This document shows positions 1 through 11,606 of a DNA stretch of 32,073 nt, piece by piece. Source of the DNA: Bigelowiella natans CCMP2755. Lineage: Eukaryota; Protista; Cercozoa. The stretch is taken from the NCBI GenBank assembly GCA_000320545.1, contig ADNK01000212.1, positions 1-32,073 on the forward strand, written 5' to 3'. Under the pieces are notes generated by a model. That model saw only the letters and a program-made list of their open reading frames with translations. It had not been told where the DNA came from and did not search any database. Positions within the stretch are counted from its first letter, which is position 1. Each line of letters starts with the position of its first letter. Made by a program: the position numbers and the translations under genes.

Positions 1-107
1 TGGGGGGGGGGGGGGGCGCTGAGCTATCATGCACGTTTGTGATCATGATTGTCTTGAAAAAACGCTTCATATAAGCTATAAATTTTTGTTCTCTTCTCCC
101 TCACCAG

Positions 108-475
108 CGTGACCGCAGGACTGATACGGCATTTTGGAGTTGAGGAGAAGGTGCCAGCTACTATAAGAACGTTTTGCATGCCCATGCTGTCATTCCCTAC
201 CCCCTTTGGATGGCGGGGGGCGTGAATCTAGCACATTGTGGTCTTTCATTCCAGAAAGACCGTCATTCTTAAGAAGTTTTCCCGAACATGAACGAGATCG
301 AGTAAGATCTGCGGTTACTCTAGTTCTCAGTACTCACGCTTCACCGCTAATCAGGTCTCAATAAAGGTGCTGGTGCGTGGGGTCGCCCCGAAAGGGGGGG
401 GGAAAGTCAGGTTCTGTCACCTAGACATTTTTCAGAAATCAAAGTGATTATCAATTGCCGCGGTTATGAAATATT

Positions 476-513
<38 letters not shown>

Positions 514-1192
514 GGGGGGCGGGGACAGCGTCTGGATTCCTATAATCAAGGCTCTTAAGGTTGAATTGATCTCGAAGAACGCTAACCAACGACAATAGTT
601 TTAGACGGCTGGCTTTCCACCGTCTGAAAGCAAATTACACGAACAAGCGATTACTTCCACATAACACGCACACTATATGCTTAACTTCGAGTCGGTCCAT
701 CAGTCGTATCATTCGATCATTTCCCCTTTCCTGGCTGAGTTCTCCCTTCCTTTTTTTGGAATTTTGTCAGCCTGTATCGCTACTGGAACCGGGAAAGATA
801 AAACGATTTCGTGGCACGTCATACGTAAGGGCACCCATTTTTCAAGCGTCGTCGTCATCGTCGTCATCACCACCACCATCACCAACACAATCACACTCTC
901 ATCATGATCATCCGCCCTCTTCGCCGTCTCCCCGTTGTGTTTGCCATGTTCTTGTCGTATATGACCGAACTACTACCACAGGTGTGTAGGTGCTCCCCAC
1001 AATTCGCAAATCGCATGGTAGTAGTAGTAGTAGTAGTAGTAGTAGCAGTAGTAGAAGCAGCAGCAGCAGTATTGGTAGCATTAGTAGCATTAGTGGTATT
1101 AGTAGTTGATCAACATCATTCGTTCTCCTACCCCATATCTGGGCACGACCTCGTCATTTCGTCACTGATACGCCGTATAATAATTTCCACCG

Positions 1193-1223
<31 letters not shown>

Positions 1224-1747
1224 TATCATCATTATCATCATCATCGTCACCATCATCGATCGTTGCCTTTCTCCCAAGCATCGTCGTTCCACTTTTCTCT
1301 TCTCCCTACTACCCTACCCCTCGTTTCTATGCAACCGTCTTCGCCGCCGCTGAGTTGTGATTTATCGCCGTGGGTGGCAGGTGACCTCCGCGAGAGGCAT
1401 TCTGAACCGTTTCATCCCCGACGTATACATCCACACCGACCATTGTAAGGGCAAAGCAGGTTGCGACTTCTACCAAGAATATGTGAATAAATGTATGATT
1501 ACTATTCCAGGAAGAAGTATGGAAATAGAGAAAGAGCTGCGGTGGTGACTGCTGCTGCTGCTGCTGCTGCAAGAGTCGAAGGCGGCCAATAACGTACCAA
1601 TCTTCAGTGCTTTACATTGTATTGTATTGCAATCTTCAGGAGGGCTATCTAGTGGCTTCGGCGTCAGCATGACAGCGGAGTCGATAAACGGTGTGTGGGA
1701 GTGAGTAAGAAGATGTGCAGTGTGCAGTGTACTTTCTGGAAACAAAT

Positions 1748-1810
<63 letters not shown>

Positions 1811-2190
1811 AATTAAGAGATTGGTTGTGTAGAGTAGAATGACTTGTCAGCATCATCACGGGTATCCTCGTTACTTCGGAGCCGTGCTGCTTCCATGGGA
1901 AAACCATCCTGCCAGCTTTACCTAGCCGGCAGCTGTTCTGCTCATCATCCTCACGACGGGTGGTCATCATTCGCTGCTGTTATATGTAGGCTTCGTCCTA
2001 TCAACACAATGCATACCCACGGAGTCGTCGATGCCCGAAGAGGTGGGGGAGAAATGCGCGAAGCAGCTGGTGGAGCAGATAGCGCAGGTAGGTGGTTTCA
2101 AGACCAGCAGCTGAAGGCTGCTTGTCCTACTTAAGAAGAGATGTGGTGGGGGTGGTGCTAGTGCTACTACTAAGATCTATAGGGAGTATT

Positions 2191-2231
<41 letters not shown>

Positions 2232-2888
2232 TTCGCACGCTGTCTTCTTCTGACACAACATATCGATTATTGATTAATCATTCTTATCATTTTGAACTAT
2301 TTAATATCAGTACCACACGCCGCTGAACATGTTAAAAGAAGTACTAAGTGTGTATTTGCTGCTATATTCATCCATGATAGGGCGGATGCGTGGACTCGAA
2401 CCATCAAGGTGCTGACGATGACGATAATGAAGCTGAAAATTGAAGTTTATTGACTGAGATGATGATCGCGCATAAATGAAGACATGCGGAGCAATTGATC
2501 CTTTCTTGTCCCCCTCCTCCTCCCCCATCTTTCTCTCCTTTTGCTTTCACTCTCCAGGGATGATGTGCGTCTTGATGGCTCTTTCTCCGGAAGATGTCAG
2601 CCGACTGCGCATTGGCAAGCTATCGAAACCAGCGTACGAATTTCAAGAAAACAAGAAAACCTTTAACGTGAAATTCTTGGTGAACATTAGAGTACCCGCT
2701 TGCATTTTAACACTATTTTTTTTCCTCTTTCATGTGACCCTCCCTTCCCCAGGATTGACATCTTAAGGCTTCTGCAGACCTTCTTCGGGGTCACATTTAT
2801 GATCAAGCCGGACAACAAAACGAATGTACAGAATGATTCTATGTGCGCGCGGGGCTTTCCAGAAGATTTATCATACACACACACACAC

Positions 2889-2929
<41 letters not shown>

Positions 2930-3076
2930 CACACATATATATATAAAATTTACATGTGTGTAAGTGTAAATATGTATTGATGTTGATATTGACCTCGCCG
3001 ATGTTATACTCTTCAGACTGTGCTTTTGTCTTGCGTCGGGGCTGGGTTTCAAAACTTCTCGAGGAAGCATTGTTAA
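108..3076 (+). CDS. RCL1: RNA 3'-terminal phosphate cyclase-like protein (18S rRNA biogenesis), 5' part lies before the window
   Basis: Phase-consistent GT-AG exons 108-150, 355-410, 529-559, 771-824, 982-1017, 1381-1459, 1640-1690, 1990-2087, 2381-2408, 2558-2633, 2753-2825, 3017-3076. They splice to ...RGVAPKGGGKV...EPGKIKRFRGTSYVCRCSPQFANRMVTSARGILNRFIPDVYIHTDHCKG...GFGVSMTAES...PEEVGEKCAKQL...GGCVDSNHQ...FFGVTFMIKP...VLLSCVGAGFQNFSRKHC*, matching the Rcl1 C-terminal half as I recall it. Confidence 0.95.
478..511. repeat. (TG)n intronic microsatellite (representative of many)
   Basis: Directly visible. Similar SSRs fill many introns, e.g. (ATC)n 1194-1245, (TA)n(TG)n 1752-1810, (CT)n ~6158-6196, (TA)n ~23608-23650, ~24710-24745 and ~31740-31778. 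Confidence 0.95.
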
Positions 3077-3240
3077 AGTTCTAATGAGATGTGTCAATAC
3101 CTCATGCAACTACGCATGTTCGGCCCGCGTGTGTTGCAATGTAGTAGGCGTGCAGCATCACAGTCATTCCAAAAATACGCCATGCCAAGCACTATCACAC
3201 CGCCCAGCAGGCTACGCAATGTGAGCATCATGTGCAAAAT

Positions 3241-4440
3241 GCGATGCATTTCTTGTGCACCTTCGAACCCCTAGCCCACAGAACAAAGTTCGCACGTGTC
3301 AACATTTCTAGATTTGCATGCTGCATTCCACGTGCGTGCACCACTTGCACACGTGCGAGCAATTTTGCTTGGAACTCATCTGGTTTTTTGCATATGCACC
3401 GTGCAGCGCAATGACAAAAACGCAAGCCGGTGCTCACCTTCACTGCTCCTGCTGCCTTCAGTTCTGAGGCGCAAATGAGTTGGAGTTGAGGTGGACGTGG
3501 GCCTGGTTTCTGCAAAAGTTCACAAAGTGAATGTCGCACAGCGGGAATCAACCGGGGTGGTGTGGGGGTTTAATTTGTTCCACAGTGCGTGTTCACGGTC
3601 CTGGCAACGCACGAATGATGATCGAGTGAGTTCTGTGATTCCAATGCTTGCTAGCTTGCTTCCAGAGGTCATCAGACGTCTAGACGTGCCAAGATTCAGA
3701 GAAAGAAAGATCGATTAAAGATTCGTGTTCATTCGATATGCCAACAAGATGTGCTGCAAGCACTGAATTGACACTGCCAACAAGCCACAGCGCAACTCAT
3801 CCGTGTGGGCACCAAACGTGGAACAAGAACAAGAACAAGAATTTGATGAAAACTGCATTTCCAAAACATGACAAGATGTTTGCAAAGTACGAAATGCAAT
3901 GCCTCGAGCTAAATCCATCGAGGGCCAATCTGGAGCATGATGAAAACCTGAATTTTTTTCGCACGTCACTGTTGTGGATGCCACACAATGTCATTTTGTT
4001 TTGGTCATGCATGTGTGAGTGACAGAGGAATCACAACCAGAGAAAGTGACAAAACGTCGGACAAACATCTGTCTACGCCACAAAGAAACAAACCAATGTC
4101 ATCGGTCAAAAACACATCCCAAAGTCCAAACTTCTCAAAATTGGAGGATCGTTCCAGGACATGCTCGCAATCTTGACGTACAATGGCAAAGATGCCGGTG
4201 TCAAAAGCGCACTTTGCGACATGCTGTGCCGCAAAAGCCCGTATGACACCTTCATTAAAGCATGACATGATCACTGTGCTGCAATGTGCACCATGAGCAC
4301 ATGGCAACTCATTCATGATGCATGGACCGCTTTCTGTCATTGCGATCCTTCTTCCGGAAATGGCCAGCATTTCCGGCCTACGACTTGCGCTGGCGCACCA
4401 GGTACAGGTTTGACTGTTCAACAAAGACCGTTTGTGTCGT
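3241..4440. other. TpA-depleted, TpG/CpA-rich intergenic tract 1
   Basis: About 15 TpA in 3241-4380 (1140 bp), 4 of them CTAG; CpG still common. Confidence 0.8.
3844..4008. repeat. Degenerate dispersed repeat, copy A (partner at 10822-10956)
   Basis: 3853-3923 aligns without gaps to 10832-10902 with 20 mismatches, 17 of them transitions. Patchy similarity continues to ggatgcca..aatg.cat..ttggtcat. Confidence 0.75.
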
Positions 4441-4530
4441 TGCGACATGGAAAGTCGGACATCCGCAGGGTCTAAATGACGTTTGTTTCCTGTAGCGGTG
4501 GCAGGTGGTACTCGTAGCATCGTGGTCGAC

Positions 4531-5498
4531 ATGGCGCTGGGTGCATGAAATCCGAGGGGATTCCACTCGAAAGCCAAGGGTGTTAGCATGTCGCAGGTAG
4601 TGTGATCCTCTGTGACATTTCTCCACCGTCGTCTTCGCTCCTTCCGTCGAGGCAGGCCGACCCTTGTTTTGGTAGTCCGACGCCATGCAAGCCGACTGCA
4701 AGGATCTGGTATCGGCGTGCTTCACTTCTTCGCTTGTTTTTCCCCTCTCCATGGTGAACATGCATGTGATTGTGCAGGGGCAGCAGCCTCAACTGGCCTT
4801 TCCCGCACAACAGCCTCAGGGCGTCTACGGAAGCACGCCATTCAATGCACCTGCTGCGGGGCTACGCTTCAGTTACCGCCGAACGCTGGTGAAACAGAGA
4901 AAAAGAGAGCAAATATTGACTCCGTTGTGTAACGTTTTTTTTTTTTTAAATACGGGCACAGGGATGGTCAAGTGCGGTGCGTGTGGCCAAGAGGTGGGTG
5001 TCTTACAATGTGTACTTTCCGCCTCCATTCTCCTGTTTAAGATATAAGTTATATTACCGATTAATAACCGCAACCGCCGAGGCAATTGCGGCACACTAGA
5101 AACTTTTGACATTGTTGTTTTGCTGCGTATTCCTGACGATGGTGGTTCCGACGATGAGCTCATCGTCCCGGCCTCTGAACCACCGCAAACAGGGCAGAAG
5201 GTGATGATTCTCCCACCCCGTTGCGACCATCATGTCCGTTTAACTTCTCGCTTTCGGCTATATCTAAGCAGGATCATATGGGAACGGTTGGGACTGCGGG
5301 TTACAATAGCATCATTCAGGATGAAAAGACACAACTCCTTACCGCAAAATCTCACGCCAACATGCGAATGTAATTCGTGCGATTGTGATGCCGCAAAGCA
5401 ATACGCATTGCAGAAGCAGCAGCAGCAGCAGCGCTCTAACTTTCTTGCCGCGATTTTCTTCTTTCAGCGCAATCTTGCTCAGAGGGGAGACAAAGGTA

Positions 5499-5531
<33 letters not shown>

Positions 5532-6155
5532 CATACATATATTTCTATATGTATAGTACCACTTTCTGCTCACCGGAGCCGCCCCTATGTGTGGTGTTGA
5601 ATGCGGGCCTTAAACTATGTTCCATCTATGGCAATACTTTCAGGAAATAATGCCCGGCCAAATTGTGCAAGGTGATCAGGACAGAGGAGGGGGAGGGATG
5701 GGAGGAAAGGAAGATCACCCACGTCAATTATAGCAGTGGTCCATGCTTTGTGGGATGATGATACCGTCAAATTCGTAAATCAATTATACCTGCGCTGAAG
5801 TGAAGTGTGCTAACCATGCTGACGTTGCATTTGAATACGATCGATTCTGTAAAGGCGTTGTGACTGTCAACGTCTACAAGAAGTGCTCCGCTCGTAAGAT
5901 TACTGTGGAATTCGTCGGACAAGGTGAGTGATGTAGCTAGCAAGCCCGACACTTTTTCCTTGTTTCTTCCCAAAAATGACTGCTTCGTGGCTCTCCTACC
6001 TTGTGTTCTGATGACCGCCGTATGTCCTTTCTTCCTCCTCTCTCTTGACTTCTTCACCCCTCCCTTCGTCTGCTGCTTTGTTACTGCACTACCCCCTATA
6101 GAACATGCGAGGTGGAGGGAAAGTCGAGGTTTGTTAATGGATGGCTGTAATCACG

Positions 6156-6199
<44 letters not shown>

Positions 6200-6952
6200 C
6201 CCCCCCCCCTCCCCATCTCTTTCTCTTTCTTGCGTGGATGTGTTTGTATTTGTGTGAGTCACGCATCACTCCCCCCTCCCCCCGTTGATATGGCAGGTTC
6301 AGGAAAAAGTAAGCGCAGGGTAACTGTGAGAAGGCACTGCGACATTCAAAGGGAGAACATCGTCGTGTGGCGGCCACCGGGGTGTGTTGGTGTCGTTGAT
6401 GATGATATTGCAAATCCCAGAAAGAAAGGAGAGGAAGAAGAAGAAGATCTATACTAAGAATACTAAATTTTTAATTCATTAAATGCTATTAACGTTCTAT
6501 TCGAGTGCTGGTTCCTATTGAACATTGGTTGTTGTATTGGTTGTTAGTTCTTCCAACAAGATTGAGGTAGCAGAACAAATAGAAAGAAAGAAAGGGGCAA
6601 ACCCCCAGCTTTCAATTGGTTGGGGTGGAGGGGGGAGGAAAGAGAGGGGGGGGGGGGCGGTGGTGAAAATGTTTCACCTAATGCGCACAAGCACCTTGCT
6701 AGTAGATTTGTTTTCGTCGTCATCTCGCTTCGGATATACAGTTTCTTTTCCTCCTCCTCCTCCTCCTCCTTCCTCTTTCTCCTGAATCTCCATTATCGTG
6801 GAAAAGGTGGGCAACTACGAGCTCAAGTTCCAGTTTAGAGTGTTGCCGTCGGCCCCCCCTACCATGTGCATCGGTGAGTACAATGGCCCGGGATTAAGAA
6901 GGACAAGGGGGAGGGGGGAGGATACAAAATTAGCGAAGACAAGCTGAGAGGG

Positions 6953-6985
<33 letters not shown>

Positions 6986-7146
6986 TCACACGATCACACG
7001 ATCACATCCTATCACGCATAATTAGGTCATTTCCTTACGTACCCAACAGCGCATTCGAGCTCATTTTAGATTCAATTTTCCATTTTCCATTCTTCCTCTT
7101 CTTCTGCTGTCTCATCACCACCCTCCTCCACCATTCCTCCCCCTCC

Positions 7147-7177
<31 letters not shown>

Positions 7178-7908
7178 GGCAGGGAGACGCGCTGCTGGAC
7201 AACCTACAATATTAAGGCCAACGTAATTACGCGCGTGGATGTGGCAGCAGGGGAGGTGGCGCGGAGTGTGTATGGTGTGTATGATTTGTGTGCATGTGTG
7301 TGTGAGAGAGAGAGAAGGGGGGGGGGAGGGGTGGCTTCTAATAACTACCAGCTACTACCACACTTCTCTTTCCATCTCCTCCCTCCTCCCTCTTCCTCAC
7401 TCACTTCCTCCTCATTTCTCGCCCCCCTCCCCCCTTCAAGGTTGATAAACCGTGGTGGTTCGACATGTCTGTAGGGTATGATGCAAGATACTGCTGTTTT
7501 GTGTGTGTGTGTTTCTCCCCCGAGTGATATATAGATGGTGTTGTAGGAAATCTGACATCGTTTCTTTGATTGCTGTGTTGCAGCTGCCCAGTGGTAGTGC
7601 GCTCGGCGCCAGTAGACCCCCTGTCTTTGCCTCAGGTTTTCTTCCTCTTTTTCAAAAGGGGAAAAGAAAGGGGGAAGGGGGGGGGGGGGGAATGTTATTC
7701 TGCTGAGTCGCCACACAAGAAATATACCAATGCATGCGGTTTTGTTTCCCTTCCAAGATCCAGCCTCAGGTTATGGAACAGTCGCTGCCTGTGTACTACT
7801 GCTGCTGCTGCTTCCGAATCGGTGAAATGCAGAGGGGGGGGGGGGGGGGAGGGAGTTTTGTGTTCCTTGCTGTGATAATGTTTTTTTATAATTTATAAAT
7901 AATTATTG

Positions 7909-7940
<32 letters not shown>

Positions 7941-8177
7941 CGTGTGCTCATCAGGCGATGTTGACACTCGATGTCAACTCAGTCGGGCTGCATTTGCTTG
8001 CTCTGAGGTGGTATCACCACCTCACCTCTACGATATGGAAATAGAAGGAGACGATGATGATGATGATGATGATGGGAAGGAGGTGAAGGAGGGAGGGGGA
8101 GGGAGAGGAGGGAACAATTGAACAAGTCTGATTTCTAAAATGGAAACTTGTTAATACACACGCACACATACATCTAC

Positions 8178-8219
<42 letters not shown>

Positions 8220-9824
8220 CATCTCTCAGGTGAATCTGAATCCCACAGTGGTACTTGACATGAAGAATACGAGCACTCGGTAGTACATAAGCGTTTAAGT
8301 GCTTGCGTGTGCGTATGTGGGACCAGCGTGGGAGAGATATGGACGTACACAAACACATAATATACTATGCACATAAATACACATTTATACGGCGTGGTGG
8401 CTACTGGTATTTGGTTGCAGACCTGTGCGGGGCGTTCGATTCTCTCTTATCGCCGAAGCAAAGTAGGTGGTTGGATGTAGATATTGATGCTGTCTCATAT
8501 GCACTCCTTAGCCGCCTTTAGAACACTCGTTCTCCGCCTTTATTCGCCGTCATCGTCGTCGTCATCGACATCATCATCATCTGCCTCCAACGTATAATCG
8601 TACGTTATATATGCATGCATGTGTGTGTGTGTGTGTGTGTGTTTGTGTGTTTGTGCGTGTTTACGGGTGTCGTTGGCAAATTAGCATTATCGTGCGTTTG
8701 TATGTGTAAAGTTATCATCTGTACGATCAATGAACCAACCAATCAATCAATCAATCGGTCGATCCTCTCACGGTAGGTTTTGGCGCAAATCTCACCGCTC
8801 AACAATTGGAACACTGAAGTACCACAACGAAGACGTAAGAAGAGGAGCCCATGCGATGTGTGATGGGAACAGGGAGGTGGGGGGGGGATCAACACTGGAT
8901 GTGTTTATATATATTTTTACAAGACGTGTGTTATGCTGTATGAACGTAAACTCCCGTTCAATAGTGCGACTGTGTTTCTTATGCTGCTCGCTGCTCCAAA
9001 GGTATTACTAAATCCTAAAGCGGGGAAGACGGAGACCAAAGCTCATATCGCCCTGTCCTTTGGAGTCCATCCGTACGCAGTCCCTTCGTTCAGGGGACAA
9101 CAGATATCGGTTGGTCGTTGTGTTTGCTTGCAGCTGTCGGTTTGCGGGTTGTTGTGGAGGCCACAATCGCTGATGCATTTCATGTCATTTCCGATCAATC
9201 GATATCAATCGAGGTGTTGGCCGCGCACCGCTATCGTCATTGCCAGCAAGCGAATATGTTGTTTTTGTTGTTTGGTGTCCCCCCCCCCCCCCGCAAAGGT
9301 CGAGCACTTCTTGGTTGTGTCTCCAGATATTCCCTACGCCGTCGACCCAAGTAGAGTGGCAGTGTGTGATAGTACAAATGTATGCGAGCTGGATCACATG
9401 CAAGGATGTGTGGAGGGAGAAAGAGATGGAGAGAGAGAAAGAGAGAGAGAGAGAGGGAGAGAGAGATTTTGTGAAACACAACGTTCAAGAAGCCTCCCTC
9501 CCAACAATGTTCCTTGGACTATCATTTAGATCAAGGAAAAACAAATTACAGCCTGAAGCTGAATGCCCGTCCTCTGCGTTCTTCTCCTATTGCTTTGCCC
9601 CTGAAATATACACGTACACCCCCACAGCTCTCAGGTTCCCCATTCGGTTGTTTGGAAGCTTTACCAGGCCTCCATTCGTAGGGCCCGCTTCATCGCAGCA
9701 GCAACAACAAAAGGAGCAGCAGCAGCAGATGCCCATATTTCAACAGCCATCCGCGCCATCTCCGTCGTCACCACCGCCCGACTACACCAAGTACCAACCA
9801 AGCGCAGATCTCAACGTCGATTGA
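4531..9824 (+). CDS. Alpha-arrestin (Arrestin_N + Arrestin_C) with N-terminal C4 zinc ribbon and C-terminal PSAP and PPxY motifs; start codon uncertain
   Basis: Over 20 small exons (e.g. 4778-4888, 4962-4993, 5159-5200, 5272-5369, 5468-5495, 5644-5671, 5855-5923, 6102-6128, 6297-6381, last 9628-9824). They give CTCCGATLQLPPNAGMVKCGACG...PGQIVQGVVTVNV..SARKITVEFVGQEHARWRE...GNYELKFQFRVLPSAPPT..TYNIKANVDKPWWFD...GDVDTRCQLSRAAF...PSFRGQQISVEHFLVVSPDIPYAVDPTLRFPIRL...PSAPSPSSPPPDY...*, the typical alpha-arrestin motif order. Confidence 0.88.
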
Positions 9825-9840
9825 ATGGAGCTTTTCAGCT

Positions 9841-11219
9841 TTGTCGGCCAGTTGCACGGTTCCCTCTCTACTCTCTAGCTCTGCTTACAATGTGTGCTAG
9901 GTTAGATTCTGCTTTGACATGTGCTCACACATGCTAGCTAGCATGCACATGTGCAATTCTAGAATTGCGTGTAGATGTATGTGCATTTTCTTGATGCATT
10001 TAATGATGGACACACCAACAACAGGATGCACAACATGCATGTGCACACATCACACATGTTGCATGTGTCCATCATGAGTGTGCATGCCTCAGAATGATGC
10101 AGTGACGTCTAGCATGTCCATCTCACATTGCTAGATTGCACAGCTGTGCACGTAGTTGCTTCATCATGTTCCGTAGCAATGAATCAGAACAAGTCGATTC
10201 ACAGTTTCAAAATTGCTGCATGTGCGCACGCAATGAAATGACTTCATTTTTCAGTGCGTCATCTCAATCTAGCTAGCTAGCAATGTTGCGATGACGCAGC
10301 GAGTGTGCTGGGCCTGCGATGCAAGTTTGCATTCATTGTGTCAACACACATGAACATGCAAGCAACACAACTCCAATCACAATGCACAGCATGGCTTCTG
10401 AAACAATTTCTGACCTTTTTTGTTTTTCCCCAAAAATTGTCATCAGCCTGCGTGCTGATCTTGGCAACTAGCTAGCTGTCCAAGAGGGGTTGCGGAATGA
10501 CAATCGCATGATGCTGAACTCTGGACTCATTCACGTGTGTAGAAAGAAACTCTTGCTGACGGAGACAACAATGCCTGTGCATTTCACGGTGACCCGGCAT
10601 GCGCATCCACTCTGTGCTTCCATCATGAGCGAGTTCGACATGCAAAAAAATGCGGCAACCAACAAATGCAACTTCCTGAGTGCTTCATCGTCCTCATTGT
10701 GTGTCAGCCGCAATTGAAAGAATGCAATGATTTTGCTTCCTGACATCGTTAGATCCGAGACAGGGGACAACTCCCTGTCTCCCTGTGCGATGAGCGGAAA
10801 GACAATGAAACAATGAAACAATGATGAAAAACTACATTTCCAAAGTGTAGCAAGACACTTGCAGTGTGCAAAATGCAGTGCCTCGAACTGATTTCAGTGA
10901 GGACTGTGACTAGCAGATCAACTAGCTAGGATGCCAAAATGGCATGACTTGGTCATTGAGAAGCAATGACACTAGTGGCAAAATTCTGACGGCGCAAGAC
11001 GTCCACTCTGAGCAAGAACTTCCTGAAGGCCATGTCCACACGACGATCTACGATTGGATCATCTGAGGGGGCCCCCAGCAGAATTTTGGTTTTGGAGGAG
11101 TCTGGAGCGTCAAAGAATGAAGAGCAGAGGGAAGAAGCTGAACCCAGAACTGATCTCAGACAACGAGGAATCCATCTCTCCCCAAAATGGCGTTGGTCGT
11201 AGAAAACTCTTGGCAGGAC
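9841..11219. other. TpA-depleted intergenic tract 2 with CTAG survival
   Basis: In 10003-11219 all 19 TpA are CTAG (11), GTAG/TTAG (6) or CTAC (2); none lacks both a 5' C and a 3' G. Confidence 0.88.
10822..10956. repeat. Degenerate dispersed repeat, copy B (partner at 3844-4008)
   Basis: See copy A. Preceded by short tandem units (acaatgaa) and a 9-bp-stem hairpin at 10757-10781. Confidence 0.75.
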
Positions 11220-11606
11220 ATAACGCTATGTTAACACAGATGAAGATCAGGCTGGATTCATCAACAAAATACAGGTGATTTTGTAGTTTTCTAATGTGAT
11301 TTTTTAAAAATGATTTGCAATGCGCCTTGCTTGTTCTGGTCGTCGTGAAACCGCGCAAATTTAACTGAGCGCACAAATATCTGTAAGACTATGTCAACAC
11401 TGAATGGTAAACTTGATTGGGAAAATTGGTCCGTAATGGTCATACTACCGGGAAATAAGCGTATTTTTGAAATAATTCCCATTGCATAAAGCTATGATCT
11501 CACGATTTCTTTGTGAAAAGAGTCTGAAACACAAGGATTCCGATAGATTTTAATTACTTGGCGCGCCCCACTTCCCAAATAATATCAGTATCAACGCACT
11601 CTCACG

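Noticed and set aside
904-1353. ORFs with poly-V/I/L, (YI)n, (CV)n or (RE)n runs
   Set aside because: Translations of intronic microsatellites.
4005-4589. 194-aa minus-strand ORF and the many 60-170 aa ORFs in the spacers (e.g. 20439-20960)
   Set aside because: No recognisable motifs, overlapping ORFs in several frames, Tyr-poor and Cys/His-rich; expected by-product of TAA/TAG loss in TpA-poor DNA.
4685-4888. Alternative frame GQQPQLAFPAQQPQGVYG for the arrestin 5' exons
   Set aside because: Looks protein-like but does not join downstream exons in phase; the Zn-ribbon frame does.
9841-11219. CpG-methylation decay or classical RIP as the cause of TG/CA richness
   Set aside because: CpG is retained and TpA is the missing dinucleotide; RIP would raise TpA, and neither predicts CTAG survival.
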